The notes beneath the pieces were generated by a model. That model saw only the letters and a list, made by a program, of their open reading frames with translations, had not been told where the DNA came from and searched no databases. Of a DNA stretch of 64,000 nucleotides, positions 30,805 to 41,600 are shown piece by piece. Source of the DNA: Nitrospira japonica. GTDB taxonomy: Bacteria > Nitrospirota > Thermodesulfovibrionia > Thermodesulfovibrionales > SM23-35. The DNA lies in NCBI GenBank assembly GCA_020725385.1, contig DYFC01000054.1, positions 58,555 to 122,554 of the forward strand, given 5' to 3'. Made by a program: the position numbers and the translations under genes. Within the stretch, counting starts at the first letter, position 1, and each line of letters opens with the position of its first letter.

Positions 30805-33030
30805 TTAACCTTTAACACCCCAGAAGTGTTCTTTATAATCCTCTGCCAATCCTGGATATGCTTCTGTTTGTGCTTCTGTAACTCCTGGCATCATCCTTGC
30901 CAACGCTGCATAAATCTTGATAATCCTAATATGTTCGTTATTTAATTGAATAAATCTCGGACAGATAAATATAGTTGCGGGCAATAACCATCTGCAAAAT
31001 CTATTGCCGGCACATGCAGCGTCAGAGTCAGGCACACAAAATATATTTAATTGGTGTTCGAAATTATCGCCCATCTGTCTGTATCTGTCATAAATACCAG
31101 CCATTGCTGCACGGTCTCCTCTCCCGAACCATCTGAAAAAATATGGCCTCATATGATTTTCATTATTTGTATTTCCATATGTCTGTCCGATGCCAAAAAT
31201 AGCATATGTGTTCCATCTCTCAGCCCAAGCAACTGCCTTTCTTACCTTTTCTTCATTAGGTCCCATACCGGCTGTGACGCTGGGATCGCATCCTGCTACT
31301 ACATCCTCGACAGTAGGTCCTATATGGGATGGGTGCTGGTTTTGGATTAACTCAAAGACAAAACGAGTGAGACTTTGAGCATTATCAATTGCCTGATCAC
31401 GTGTAAGAAAAACGAATACTCTTTCACGTTCGTATGCACGATCATGAACTTCATATCTTGAGCCATGAGCTGATTCATGTACAATAACTTCTTCTTTGCC
31501 ACTACCAGTGAAAAAAACTGGGCATACTATTAAGTTTTCTGGATTCGCAGCAGCCCAGCCACCTGCACGACAAGTTGGATCTTCATCATCAGCGCATTTA
31601 AGGATTGTTGTTAGTAAATTCGGCTGAGTTAAAAAATCACTCATAGCTTGAAGTCTATTTCTAACTTCTAGTGCAGTTGCAGCACTATGATCATTTGCAA
31701 AATTGTTGTCCAATGCTATCCTCACATTATTTTGTGGGTCAGTCTGCATAGATGGATTTCCTCTGTATGTATCTAATCGATGAACTGCATCATTTAGCAT
31801 TGGCACAACCCTATCACGTACTTGGCGTACTATATCCTGTCTTGTCTGATCACAAGGTTGTATATGAGAACCTGTTGAACCTGTTCTGTTTGAAGCTTGG
31901 CTGTCAGGCTTCATTTCTACAGAACGCCAGAAGCGGTAATCAATCTGTCCAGAACTTTTATGTAATAGAGGCACATGATATATGATTCCATCATATCCTT
32001 CATCTATAATAAGGTTGGCAACAGCCTCTATGCGTTTCTCAGCCAAGAGATGGTTATATGTACGGTTACCTTCTTCGGAAGCATAACCATATAAGTTTAT
32101 ATCCTGTACCCCGCTTGAAGCCATTCTGCGTGAAAATCTTCTGGCTTTTTCTGCTTCAATAGGATCTAAATCATTTTCAGGGGAAGAATTATAAAGTCCT
32201 GGTTTATCAAAATCAAAAAAAACATCATCAGGATAATTATCGCGATTTTCATATAATCCTGTAACTCTAAAGGATTCTGGAGTAGTCCTTTGTAATATAT
32301 TACTATTACTCGAATCTTGCTGCATCACATGAGTTAGTTCATGCGCCAGAAGATATTTTCCCGAGGCTGTGTATGGTTGATATTGCCCTGTGCCAAATAC
32401 AATATCATTTCCAACAGTAAATGCAAGAGCACTTACCGAATCCGCAAGAGAGGATGCTTTTGCATCAGTATGTATTCTTACATTGGTGAAATTATGATTA
32501 AAACGAGGTTCAAAGTATTTGCGTATTTGTGTCGACAAAGGATTGCCTCCACCTCTTATTTCATTAATGCGGCATTCTACATCAGTGGAAATTTCAGGGT
32601 TATCATCAGAATATGCTTTTAATAATGAATTTGTTATTAAGGGTTTTAATTTAATTTCTTCTTCATCCCCGCACGAGAGACCTTTTGCAAAAGGTCAAGT
32701 CGGTTTCATCTGGATTCCGGGCTCCGGCATCCGCATAACCATATCGGCCACCCTGTCTGCCTCTTGTTCATAAATATCATAGGATCGGCTAATTTTGAGT
32801 TTTGTATGTATCCCTAGCCTTATGCCCTGTCCCCTGAACCCCATACCCTGAACCCTATACCCTGTACCCCTTAAGATCTTTCCCGCTGCCTGATTACCAA
32901 TTGTCTTATGTAAAAATAAGATTTGGTCAACAGGCGAATTTATAGTCTTAGAGAATTCAGTCTTTCGTGTTTGAGAAATTGAGTTCTCTTTCTTTGATTC
33001 AAGTTCTTTTATTTTAGTTTTCTCATTCAT
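30805..33030 (-). CDS. Putative eCIS cargo DUF4157-OmpA-M35 peptidase, with one in-frame TGA at 32695-32697
   Basis: Track ORFs 32695..33030 and 30805..32538 share a frame, and the 52 codons between them contain no stop. DUF4157 (FEPRF..VRIHTD..ALAFTVG..LLAHELTHVMQQ), OmpA-like region (VFFDFDK, GYASEEG..YN..LAEKR), HESAH peptidase, then a degenerate second peptidase repeat. Confidence 0.8.
32812..32867. repeat. Eight-unit degenerate heptamer tandem repeat inside a coding region
   Basis: ccctagc cttatgc cctgtcc cctgaac cccatac cctgaac cctatac cctgtac; encodes GTGYRVQGMGFRGQGIRLG. Confidence 0.75.
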
Positions 33031-34621
33031 TAATTCTAAACTTTCTATTAATACCTGTGCCTGTAAAAGCTATTACTCCTCTTTCAATTAAAGGATTTAT
33101 TATTTCATCAGCCTCATCATTTGCAATGCTGTATTTGGTTATCAATGTTTTATAAGGAATATTTGGATTTGCAATAATATCTTTGACAATATCATCTTCT
33201 AAAACTTTTCTATCCGGTCTTATGATAATTTCTTCATGTTCTGCTGTTACAGATACTGCCCACCATCTGACTCTGGCTTCATTGATTGGTTCTTTTGAAC
33301 GATTTGTAAAGATAATAACAAGTTCATTTTTATCTATATCAAATGAAGAACTTAATTCAATGCCTTTATTCCAGATTTCATCTCCGGTAATAATAAAACT
33401 TTTACGTGCAATTGGATTTCTATATTCGATTCCAAGCATTACACCATAAATTTTATTTTTAAGTTTAATAGGAAGTGAATTACGGGTTGTTCCCGGAGCT
33501 ATATCTAAAAATACACAAATCCCTGTAATACATTCTGCTCCATTTCCACCTGAAGAAGAAATAGTTATACCATTTGTCCCGGAAGCAATTGAAACATTGC
33601 TGCCTGCATTTATTGAAAAATTGCCGCTATTGTCAGGCCTGATATTATTGATATTAAAAATAGCGCTATTCCATTTTCTTGCATCAGAATTTGAGACATG
33701 TTTATCTCTTACTGTATCTGTGCTGGATGGGTCAACTTGTTTCATTGAATGGTTCTCACCGATAGTAATAGTATTAGCAGCATCATTTGGAGTTATGGTA
33801 ATACTATTTACTGAAATTAGATCAATGTTACCACCTGGATTGCTTACACCATCTATACTGACAATAGCGCCTATCTGTGATGCAGTTGTTTTATGAGGGT
33901 TATTAATATCAGATACATGACACATTAAAAGGTCAGTTAAAACTTTATGATTGTTAATTAAACAAATATATTTTTTTGTTTCATTTTTATCAATTGTCCA
34001 ATCAGTTTTTAGGGCAAGGAAAAAAACTTTAAGTTCTTCATCATTAGGACATGCTTTGTTTTTTTCATTAAGCCACGATTTAATTTCTTCTCTAATAGCA
34101 TTGCTATTAGATGCTCCTGAAAGATCAGGACATGAAAGAGCAGATATTGCAGGTGCATCAGGAGTTGCGATAACTTCAAAGTCTTCTATTATTCTATTAG
34201 GACAGCATGTTTCATCACAACTCGAGGGATTTGATGCTGAATGTACAAGCTCTCCATAAACAGGTTTGTGTCTTAGGTATAAATACCAGAATGTAGTTGC
34301 TGTTGTTTTCTCAAAAATAATTTTTTTCTGTATTCCTGATGGAACATAAATCTCATGCCCGCATACATCCAGCGCAAAACTACTTTTATTGAATGTCAAA
34401 TATATATCTGTGCTACCTTTTAAAGAGATAGCTATCTGGTCAGGGTCAAAGCCACAAACAATTCCATTTCCATGAAGCGTTTGATTAAGTAAAAATCTTT
34501 TGTTATTCATATATTTTTGTTCTTCTTCAAAATCCCTGACAGTCATTAGTTTCCCATAAAAATAATTATTTCTCTGAAACAATTGATATTCGCAATTTTT
34601 ATCATCTTTTCCGTTTGACAT
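33023..34621 (-). CDS. eCIS tail fibre-like protein (Afp13-type N-terminus)
   Basis: RNNYFYGKLMTVRDFEEEQKY..LHGNGIVCG N-terminus; fibre-like H..DINNPHKTTASQIGA and SIDGV/NINNIRPD repeats. Confidence 0.75.
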   Translation of the reverse strand: MSNGKDDKNCEYQLFQRNNYFYGKLMTVRDFEEEQKYMNNKRFLLNQTLHGNGIVCGFDPDQIAISLKGSTDIYLTFNKSSFALDVCGHEIYVPSGIQKKIIFEKTTATTFWYLYLRHKPVYGELVHSASNPSSCDETCCPNRIIEDFEVIATPDAPAISALSCPDLSGASNSNAIREEIKSWLNEKNKACPNDEELKVFFLALKTDWTIDKNETKKYICLINNHKVLTDLLMCHVSDINNPHKTTASQIGAIVSIDGVSNPGGNIDLISVNSITITPNDAANTITIGENHSMKQVDPSSTDTVRDKHVSNSDARKWNSAIFNINNIRPDNSGNFSINAGSNVSIASGTNGITISSSGGNGAECITGICVFLDIAPGTTRNSLPIKLKNKIYGVMLGIEYRNPIARKSFIITGDEIWNKGIELSSSFDIDKNELVIIFTNRSKEPINEARVRWWAVSVTAEHEEIIIRPDRKVLEDDIVKDIIANPNIPYKTLITKYSIANDEADEIINPLIERGVIAFTGTGINRKFRINE

Positions 34622-34639
34622 TTTAAATCCTCCTTATTT

Positions 34640-36697
34640 TTATGTTAATTTCGTATCTATTCCTAATCTTGCTTTTATTTTTACCTGTCCAGCATCTTCT
34701 GTATCCTTAAGTATTGTATCTCTGCCAATAACAGAACTTTCCCCTAATATAAAAATAGGTTCATTGAGCAAAGTATTCATTCCAAGATATGTATGCATAT
34801 CAAGATAAAACCATTGCTCAAGCACTTTAAGCCCATAACATGTATGCGCAGGTTTATGTTCATCTATTATTTTTTTAATTGTTTCTGTCTTTTGATTTTT
34901 CAACGCCTGTGATGGAAGAAGAACGAAAAAGCAAAATCTTTCTTTTCCGAATAATGCTTCTTTTAGAGAAATATTTTCACCATCAATTGTTTTGACTTTT
35001 GATTTATCAGAAGGTAAATAAATTGAATTCTCTTCATGTAAGGAATCCCATTTGTCAGCGCACTTTGTGCTGTAAGAGGAATCAATATTTATATTTTCAA
35101 ATATAAAAGGTTTATACCCTGTAAAAAGCTCTAATATTTCTTCGAGCCCTTTTCTCGTGCCTCTCATTTTATAAAAATGAATAGCTTTCTTTATAAAAGC
35201 TCTTGTTTTTTCTTCAGACCAATTTGCATCAGTACAAATAGAAAGCCATGTGCCAAGCCATGAAAGAAATTCAGATGGAGTGCCTTCTGCATCAAAAAAG
35301 CGTGTTAAATGTTTTATCTCAAAATCTACTTCATATATCAAACTATCAAAGATAGACAGAAAACGCTCTAAAAAATCTTTTGCTTTTGGATTCTCCTGAT
35401 AATTGGCAGGAAGGTAATCAAGTAAAGTTAAACGCGGGAAAAACAAAGTAAGCATTTTAATAATAGGAGTTAACTTTTCGTCTCCAAATAACACAAGCTT
35501 AAACCAAAGGTATCTGCCATTAATATTTTTTAGAAAAAGTGCATCTCTTTTATTTTCTTCTTGAATACCTGATTTCTCGCTAAGGCATTTGTTCCATCTA
35601 TTTTCTGGCATTGAAATAATTTCATTATCGGGCATTAAAGAATCTGACGTAAAATATGAAAATTCAAGCTGAGTTCCTTTTACAAATTCACCGTCTATAA
35701 GGAACCTATGCCATCTAATGTTGTCTTCATTACTATCAATTGCCTTTGAAATGAAAACTCCTTTAAAATGTTCTTCCTTATCTTTTGTATTTACGATTGA
35801 ATATTCCAGAAATGCAATTGACTTTCCCTTGCTATCTATAATATAAAGGTTTCCTCTTGAATCATTTATCAATCTTCTTGTAGCATCTCTATAAGACCAA
35901 ATTGGGATTGTGCTACCATCATGCATTACTTTATAAATGGTTTTCTTGGAATCAAATGTATCTGGTTCACCAGCAAATATTTGGGCTTCTCTACTGACTG
36001 ATATGCCTTTTAGATGTAATGTAGTATTTATGACTTCTGATAAGGTATTCTCTTTAAAAAGAAAGATCTTAGAACCATCAAGTATATAAATAACCCCTTT
36101 TTCATCTACTGTAATATCTGTTGGTTCGGATAAAGTGTTGTCTTTAATAAAACCTGCAATTTCACCTGACCTTCTGATTATTATTGCCTGTTTATTGCCT
36201 TTATCAAGAGCATAAAGATTGTTAAGGTCAATAACAAGGTCGGTAATTTCTGTAAAATGATTACCTTTATCATCTGAATCACATATCCAGCGAATTTGCA
36301 GGTTTGAACGGGCAAGGGCAATTATTCGGGATTTGTTTTGTATTTTATTGAAACCAGAAATATAAATCGTGTCTTTATCGATAGCAATTCCCGTAGGAGA
36401 ATAAAGTTTTAATGGCAATAATCCATTTTTGCAACCTGCTTCATTTATTTCTCCATAAAGTCTATTATACGTGAGTATCTTATCTCTGCTTCTATCAATA
36501 ATCCAGAGGGTATCACATTCATCGATAGCAATATCTGTTATATCAAACGATGAGTCTTTTATTATGAATTCTTTAAAAATATAAATCCCTGCATTATTAA
36601 GCCTGATTCCATTTTGAAAACTCAGGTTTTCAGAAAAAAGATGAAAGTTATGGTATAAATCATAGGAACTTAGCCGGATATAATTAATATGATTCAT
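34640..36697 (-). CDS. Phage tail protein I (P2 gpI-like) with N-terminal NHL/beta-propeller region
   Basis: SPTGIAID and EPTDITVDEKG repeats; LDYLPANYQE..FLERFLSIF...FLSWLGTWL...YKMRGT..GL...KPAHT. Confidence 0.85.
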   Translation of the reverse strand: MNHINYIRLSSYDLYHNFHLFSENLSFQNGIRLNNAGIYIFKEFIIKDSSFDITDIAIDECDTLWIIDRSRDKILTYNRLYGEINEAGCKNGLLPLKLYSPTGIAIDKDTIYISGFNKIQNKSRIIALARSNLQIRWICDSDDKGNHFTEITDLVIDLNNLYALDKGNKQAIIIRRSGEIAGFIKDNTLSEPTDITVDEKGVIYILDGSKIFLFKENTLSEVINTTLHLKGISVSREAQIFAGEPDTFDSKKTIYKVMHDGSTIPIWSYRDATRRLINDSRGNLYIIDSKGKSIAFLEYSIVNTKDKEEHFKGVFISKAIDSNEDNIRWHRFLIDGEFVKGTQLEFSYFTSDSLMPDNEIISMPENRWNKCLSEKSGIQEENKRDALFLKNINGRYLWFKLVLFGDEKLTPIIKMLTLFFPRLTLLDYLPANYQENPKAKDFLERFLSIFDSLIYEVDFEIKHLTRFFDAEGTPSEFLSWLGTWLSICTDANWSEEKTRAFIKKAIHFYKMRGTRKGLEEILELFTGYKPFIFENINIDSSYSTKCADKWDSLHEENSIYLPSDKSKVKTIDGENISLKEALFGKERFCFFVLLPSQALKNQKTETIKKIIDEHKPAHTCYGLKVLEQWFYLDMHTYLGMNTLLNEPIFILGESSVIGRDTILKDTEDAGQVKIKARLGIDTKLT

Positions 36698-36698
36698 C

Positions 36699-38618
36699 TT
36701 AGCCTTTCTTTTTACACAGAACCTGCTCAATTATTATTGAGACTGAGTGTTTGCCCGAATAAATAGTATGCAAAGGAGATGGCAGGATAAGATTGCCTTC
36801 ATTGTCAGAATTACTTTGATCTCCATAAATATGCAGTTTTGTAATACATCTTATCCCGTTAATCTTCTCGATTTCCTCGTATATTTCAGAGCGATAAACA
36901 TTTCTTCCAATTGGCCAACCTTTATGGTCATTACCACCAAATACTGGATGAAGAAATTTATTTAATGCCATTATTACAGAATTTTTTACATCTTCTATTT
37001 GATATGATTCTGATACAGAAATCTCAATATCTACTGTTACTTTCACATATTCAGGTCCTATAATATAAATTGCTGTTCCAAGCAGACGATGCTCATTTAG
37101 ATGCCTACATATAGCATCTCTGAATCCGTCTGAAGGTTGAGGGGGTTTCTCAAAATATTCAAGAGGAGTAAAGGGAATAACTATAACTGTTACAGAACCT
37201 CTAAGACGGCCTTTTTCAGGATGATAGTTTGGAAGTGCTTTTGCTTTTGCAACTCTTAAACCCGGTGTATTAATAGCAATATATTCAAAATCTGAAGAAG
37301 TAACAGCTACAAACGGTATGCGAAGTTCTTTAATAAATCTTGCATTTGCATCATCAATAGTTTCATTATCTGCACCACCTGTGGCAGAAACAAAATTAGT
37401 AATCTTCAGTTTTTTTGAATCTTCTTCTTTTAATTTCCACGAATATCCTTCCTTTAAATTGCCTTCTTTACCATTACATATCCTGTATCTTTCAACCCTT
37501 ATGTTTGAACCTGATAATGGTACTTTGCCGTTAAATCCATCTCCAAAAATTATTTCGCCTTCTTTGCTATTTAGAACAAAGTGATTATCCTGTGGGCATG
37601 AGCCATCAAAATCAATTCGCTCTACTGCATAGCTATTATCAATGGACACTAAGAGTGATTTATTTAGAACAGGCTTGAATTTAAGAGAATATTTCTGGTT
37701 GGGCAAACCATTGCTTGTCCACTCTTCTTTTTCTGTAATCGTCTCTCCCTGAATAGCTGAACATGTATTCAACCTGATTTTCTCGATTCTCGGTGGATAT
37801 TCAAATAGAGATTCAACAACAACACATCTGAGCCAGTAATAATTTTCTTCTGAAGCATAAATTTTTGAGGGCAACCAATCATTCAAATCTTTAAAATCAA
37901 TTCTTCCACTTTTTTTAAAATTTTTTGTATCATCTTTTGTGGGTTTTATAGATTTCCATCCACTTCCTGTAAAATATTCCCACTGAAGTACTGAATTTTT
38001 AAAATCATATTCAGGTTCTTCACCATGCTGACCGGGCTTCATAAGGTCTTTTTCATATAGATAACATGTAAAATTTATCGTATCCGAAGGTCTATCAAAA
38101 CCAAGATATAGGGCGCAATTTTTTTGTATATTTAATCCAAATGGAGCAAAAAACTGATTAACTTGTTCATTCATTTTTGTCCTATCATATATGCCCCCGG
38201 TCATTTCATCTACAATAATTTCTACAAGTCTTGCGTTTGTAACTTTTATATCTTCTTTTAATTCAAAACTAATTTTTTCCCCGGATATAGTTGTATAAAC
38301 CTTTTCTCCTTTTTTTAATAAAACTGTTTCTTCAGACTCAAATGTAAGATCAACTACAGAGGGTTTGATAGGCACAGGATATATATCAAGCAATTTAAGA
38401 TATTTAAGTTTATGTCTTTCACTGATATAATTGATGCGATATAAATATGTTTCTGTAATCCAGGAAAAAAGCTCTAATAATGTTATGCCAGGGTCACTCA
38501 GATTATGGTCTGTCCATTCAGGAGCAAAACCAGGTATAAGTTTAATAGCTTCATCAATTAGTTGCGCAAAATTCCTGTCATCAAGATTTGGTTTAGGCAG
38601 CTCTTTTTTAATCAGCAA
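36699..38618 (-). CDS. Baseplate J-like wedge protein
   Basis: LDDRNF...PEWTDHNLSDPGITLLELF, FGDG..GKVP, ATGGADNET, AVTSSDFE, GWPIGR. Confidence 0.92.
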   Translation of the reverse strand: MLIKKELPKPNLDDRNFAQLIDEAIKLIPGFAPEWTDHNLSDPGITLLELFSWITETYLYRINYISERHKLKYLKLLDIYPVPIKPSVVDLTFESEETVLLKKGEKVYTTISGEKISFELKEDIKVTNARLVEIIVDEMTGGIYDRTKMNEQVNQFFAPFGLNIQKNCALYLGFDRPSDTINFTCYLYEKDLMKPGQHGEEPEYDFKNSVLQWEYFTGSGWKSIKPTKDDTKNFKKSGRIDFKDLNDWLPSKIYASEENYYWLRCVVVESLFEYPPRIEKIRLNTCSAIQGETITEKEEWTSNGLPNQKYSLKFKPVLNKSLLVSIDNSYAVERIDFDGSCPQDNHFVLNSKEGEIIFGDGFNGKVPLSGSNIRVERYRICNGKEGNLKEGYSWKLKEEDSKKLKITNFVSATGGADNETIDDANARFIKELRIPFVAVTSSDFEYIAINTPGLRVAKAKALPNYHPEKGRLRGSVTVIVIPFTPLEYFEKPPQPSDGFRDAICRHLNEHRLLGTAIYIIGPEYVKVTVDIEISVSESYQIEDVKNSVIMALNKFLHPVFGGNDHKGWPIGRNVYRSEIYEEIEKINGIRCITKLHIYGDQSNSDNEGNLILPSPLHTIYSGKHSVSIIIEQVLCKKKG

Positions 38619-41600
38619 CTTTTACTCCTTACTTTTATTTTGTGTTCTCCGCCATAAATTAATGCGTAATCTGGGATTTTTACATTTATGTTTAAATCAG
38701 TAATATCCACAATTTTTATGCCTTTTTCCGAATAAAGAGTCATTGTTAAAGTCTTTATATAATCCACATCCTTAATCTTTCCAAGCATAGCATATAAGTC
38801 AGAAAGGCATGGTATCTCGCCAAACTGCCAGCCTTTAAATTCAAAACCCCCTTTAAGTGGATGAAAGAAATCAGAAATTATCTTTCTTGCATCATTTTCT
38901 ATTTCTGCTGCATCTTCTATATTTTTTGAATATATCTCGATATATGTGTCGGCCTTTATATATAAAGGAGGTATAACTCTTACTGAAGCTACATTTGAAG
39001 AACGCTCAAGCAAATACTCCTTTACTTTTTTACAAAGACTCGGTGTGGGGAAAGGTTTATTTTCAGTGCTAAAAGGAAGTATAACTACCGTGACCCAACC
39101 GGTCTCATATTCATTCTTATCGTTTAAGTTTGGCAGGATTTTAACTTTTGCAATATCCCTTGAAGATTCTTTCACAATATAAATAAAGTCATCTAATGCT
39201 GTTGCTCTTCCTCTGTTTTTTAATATATTAGGAGCACGCTTTAACAAAGAATCTACATCTTCACTATCTGTGCCACCTTCGGCAGCTATCGGATTAAAGA
39301 CCTTATCTATTGATGCTACAGAACTCTGTAATTTATTTATCTCTCCTGATTTTAGATTCCCCTTTTCTCCTCCACCTGTTCTATAATTTACTTTAATATT
39401 ATCTTTCCCTGATGGAGGAAGCATCCCATGAACTTCATCACCAAACCATATAATTCCTGTTAGCCTATCTATAACATAGTGGCGGTCTTTGCTTCCTGAG
39501 CCTGTAAAATCAATTACTTCTTTCCATTCAACCCAAAATTCGATAATCTTTCCTTTAATATCTTTCTTTTCTTCAATAGTGACACCTGATTTGCGTAACG
39601 TATTCATTTCACTTTCTGAATGAATATTGATTTCATTAACCATTATAGAGATGTCTATGACAGGTGAATTCATAACCTTAAAAAGCTGTAAAGCTACATC
39701 ACTGCCAGAACCAATTATTTCATCTTTAATAGTTTGAACCTGTGATGCCCATACTGAATTTAGATAAAAACCCTTAATAGTAGGAAGCATCTCAGTTTCA
39801 TAAAAATCACCTGTTATCGAAGCTTTAAGCCAGAACTTTTCGTTTTCTCCGAAAAAACTGGCTGGTTTCATTTCTTCGTCTATAGAAAAAAAGAGAATAC
39901 CTTTTTTTGTAAATCCTTTGGTCTCATCCTTTATATCAAGTTCTTTCCAGCCCTGTGGCTCTGAATAGTAACTCCACCTGACATCTGGTAGAAAATCTTC
40001 AGGATATTCAAATTTTTCATCAATGTCTATGAAAATACTCAATGGTCCTTTTTTCAATTTTTTATCAAAACTGAAATATACTGAAGGATATAAATCAAAC
40101 AGAGGCTTAAAAGGGGTAAAAGATTCTTTTATACTCTTTTGTTCACAATTATTCTCAACTATTAAATAATCAGGACTATTTTCTTCATCATTAAAATATT
40201 CAAGTTTTATAGAATGAATTTGAGGTGGGTTAAATTCACTGGGTATAATTTCTTTTGAATTGCTTATCTTAAATTCACAACCATAATCACCTTCAACAAG
40301 ACGTACTCTTATCCAGTAATTTTCTTTGCCATTTATTTTTACCTTCTGTATTTTGGGTAAATTCAATATTGAAATAAGGCACTCTTGAGCTTTTGTCTCA
40401 ATATTAACAATAGTTGAATAAAATGCTCCCGGTGATGAAGCCATATTTTCATTTATACCTTCAATTAATCCCCATGTTTCACCATCCCAGTATTCCCATG
40501 AAAGCTTTGGAATATTTTTAACAGAAGAAGGGATACCACGAATTAATTTTAAAAGAATATTTACTTTATATCCTTTTTTAGAAAATGCTTCTTCGCTTGC
40601 CATATAAAAAGTTGAATAAAGTCTTGGTTTTATTCCAAAAGGATATATTTTCCCTGATAAATCAACAGGAACATCATTACAAAATGCCATATCAGGAGTA
40701 ATTCCAGCTTCTTCTATAATTTTTAGTTCTCCCTTTTTGTCATAAAATTCCTTTTTTGCAGCTTCAAGAATATTTTCTGCTCTATATTTTCCACAACCAA
40801 GCAATTCTGAAACCTCTTCCGAAGAGTATCTTAATAATTTAGTTATAGTGTCAATTTTAATTGCGGCTTTTTCCCCTGCGAGTTTTTCATAAAATTCATC
40901 GCCGATACCATGTATCTTTTTAATATCAATAGATGTCTGATATGCGTTAAATGATCTAATGCCTATTTCTCCAATTTTTATTTTGCTAAACAGATTTATG
41001 TTTAAATTTTTATTAATACATCTAATCCATCTGCTTTTAATTTCAAAAAGATTAATTTCTGAGATCTCCTCATCCGAATCTTTATGAAGCAATATATTTC
41101 CGGATGTCTTATCAATTTCTGTTTTGTCAAACTCCTTCCATAAAATATGCTTTTCCTCTTTTTCATCTTTTTTCTCGATTCTTTCAATGCCATATTGCCA
41201 AGAAACATTATCATCAGAAAGAAGTTTTAATATTTTTATAGAAGTATTTTTAAAATTGATTATTAATGTTGCTTTCTTAATGTTAAAAACATTGATGGAG
41301 CCAATATAAAGAATATGCTTTTGAAGATTTAAACCATTAAATAGTTTAGAAGATTTAACTCCATTTATCGAGATAGCATGATTGAATATTTCGTCAGAAT
41401 TCCTATTGGCACTAAACACATTTAACAGTTTAGACGGAGTGGCAAGGATTGAAGTTTCTGTCTCAAAATATATGGGTTTCCCATTTTTATCCTGCGCAGA
41501 AGCCTGCGTTCCTGAAGGAATTAGTATATTATCAATTGTGCCCTGACTTAACAAAAATGTTAGAGGCGTCCTGCTTGGTTTTGGAGGCAAAAGAGATACA

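Noticed and set aside
32539-32697. Frameshift pseudogene or alternative genetic code explaining the split cargo gene
   Set aside because: Both parts share a frame, so there is no frameshift. TGA terminates other genes here (e.g. 12740, 48488). A plain nonsense mutation remains possible and is noted in the finding.
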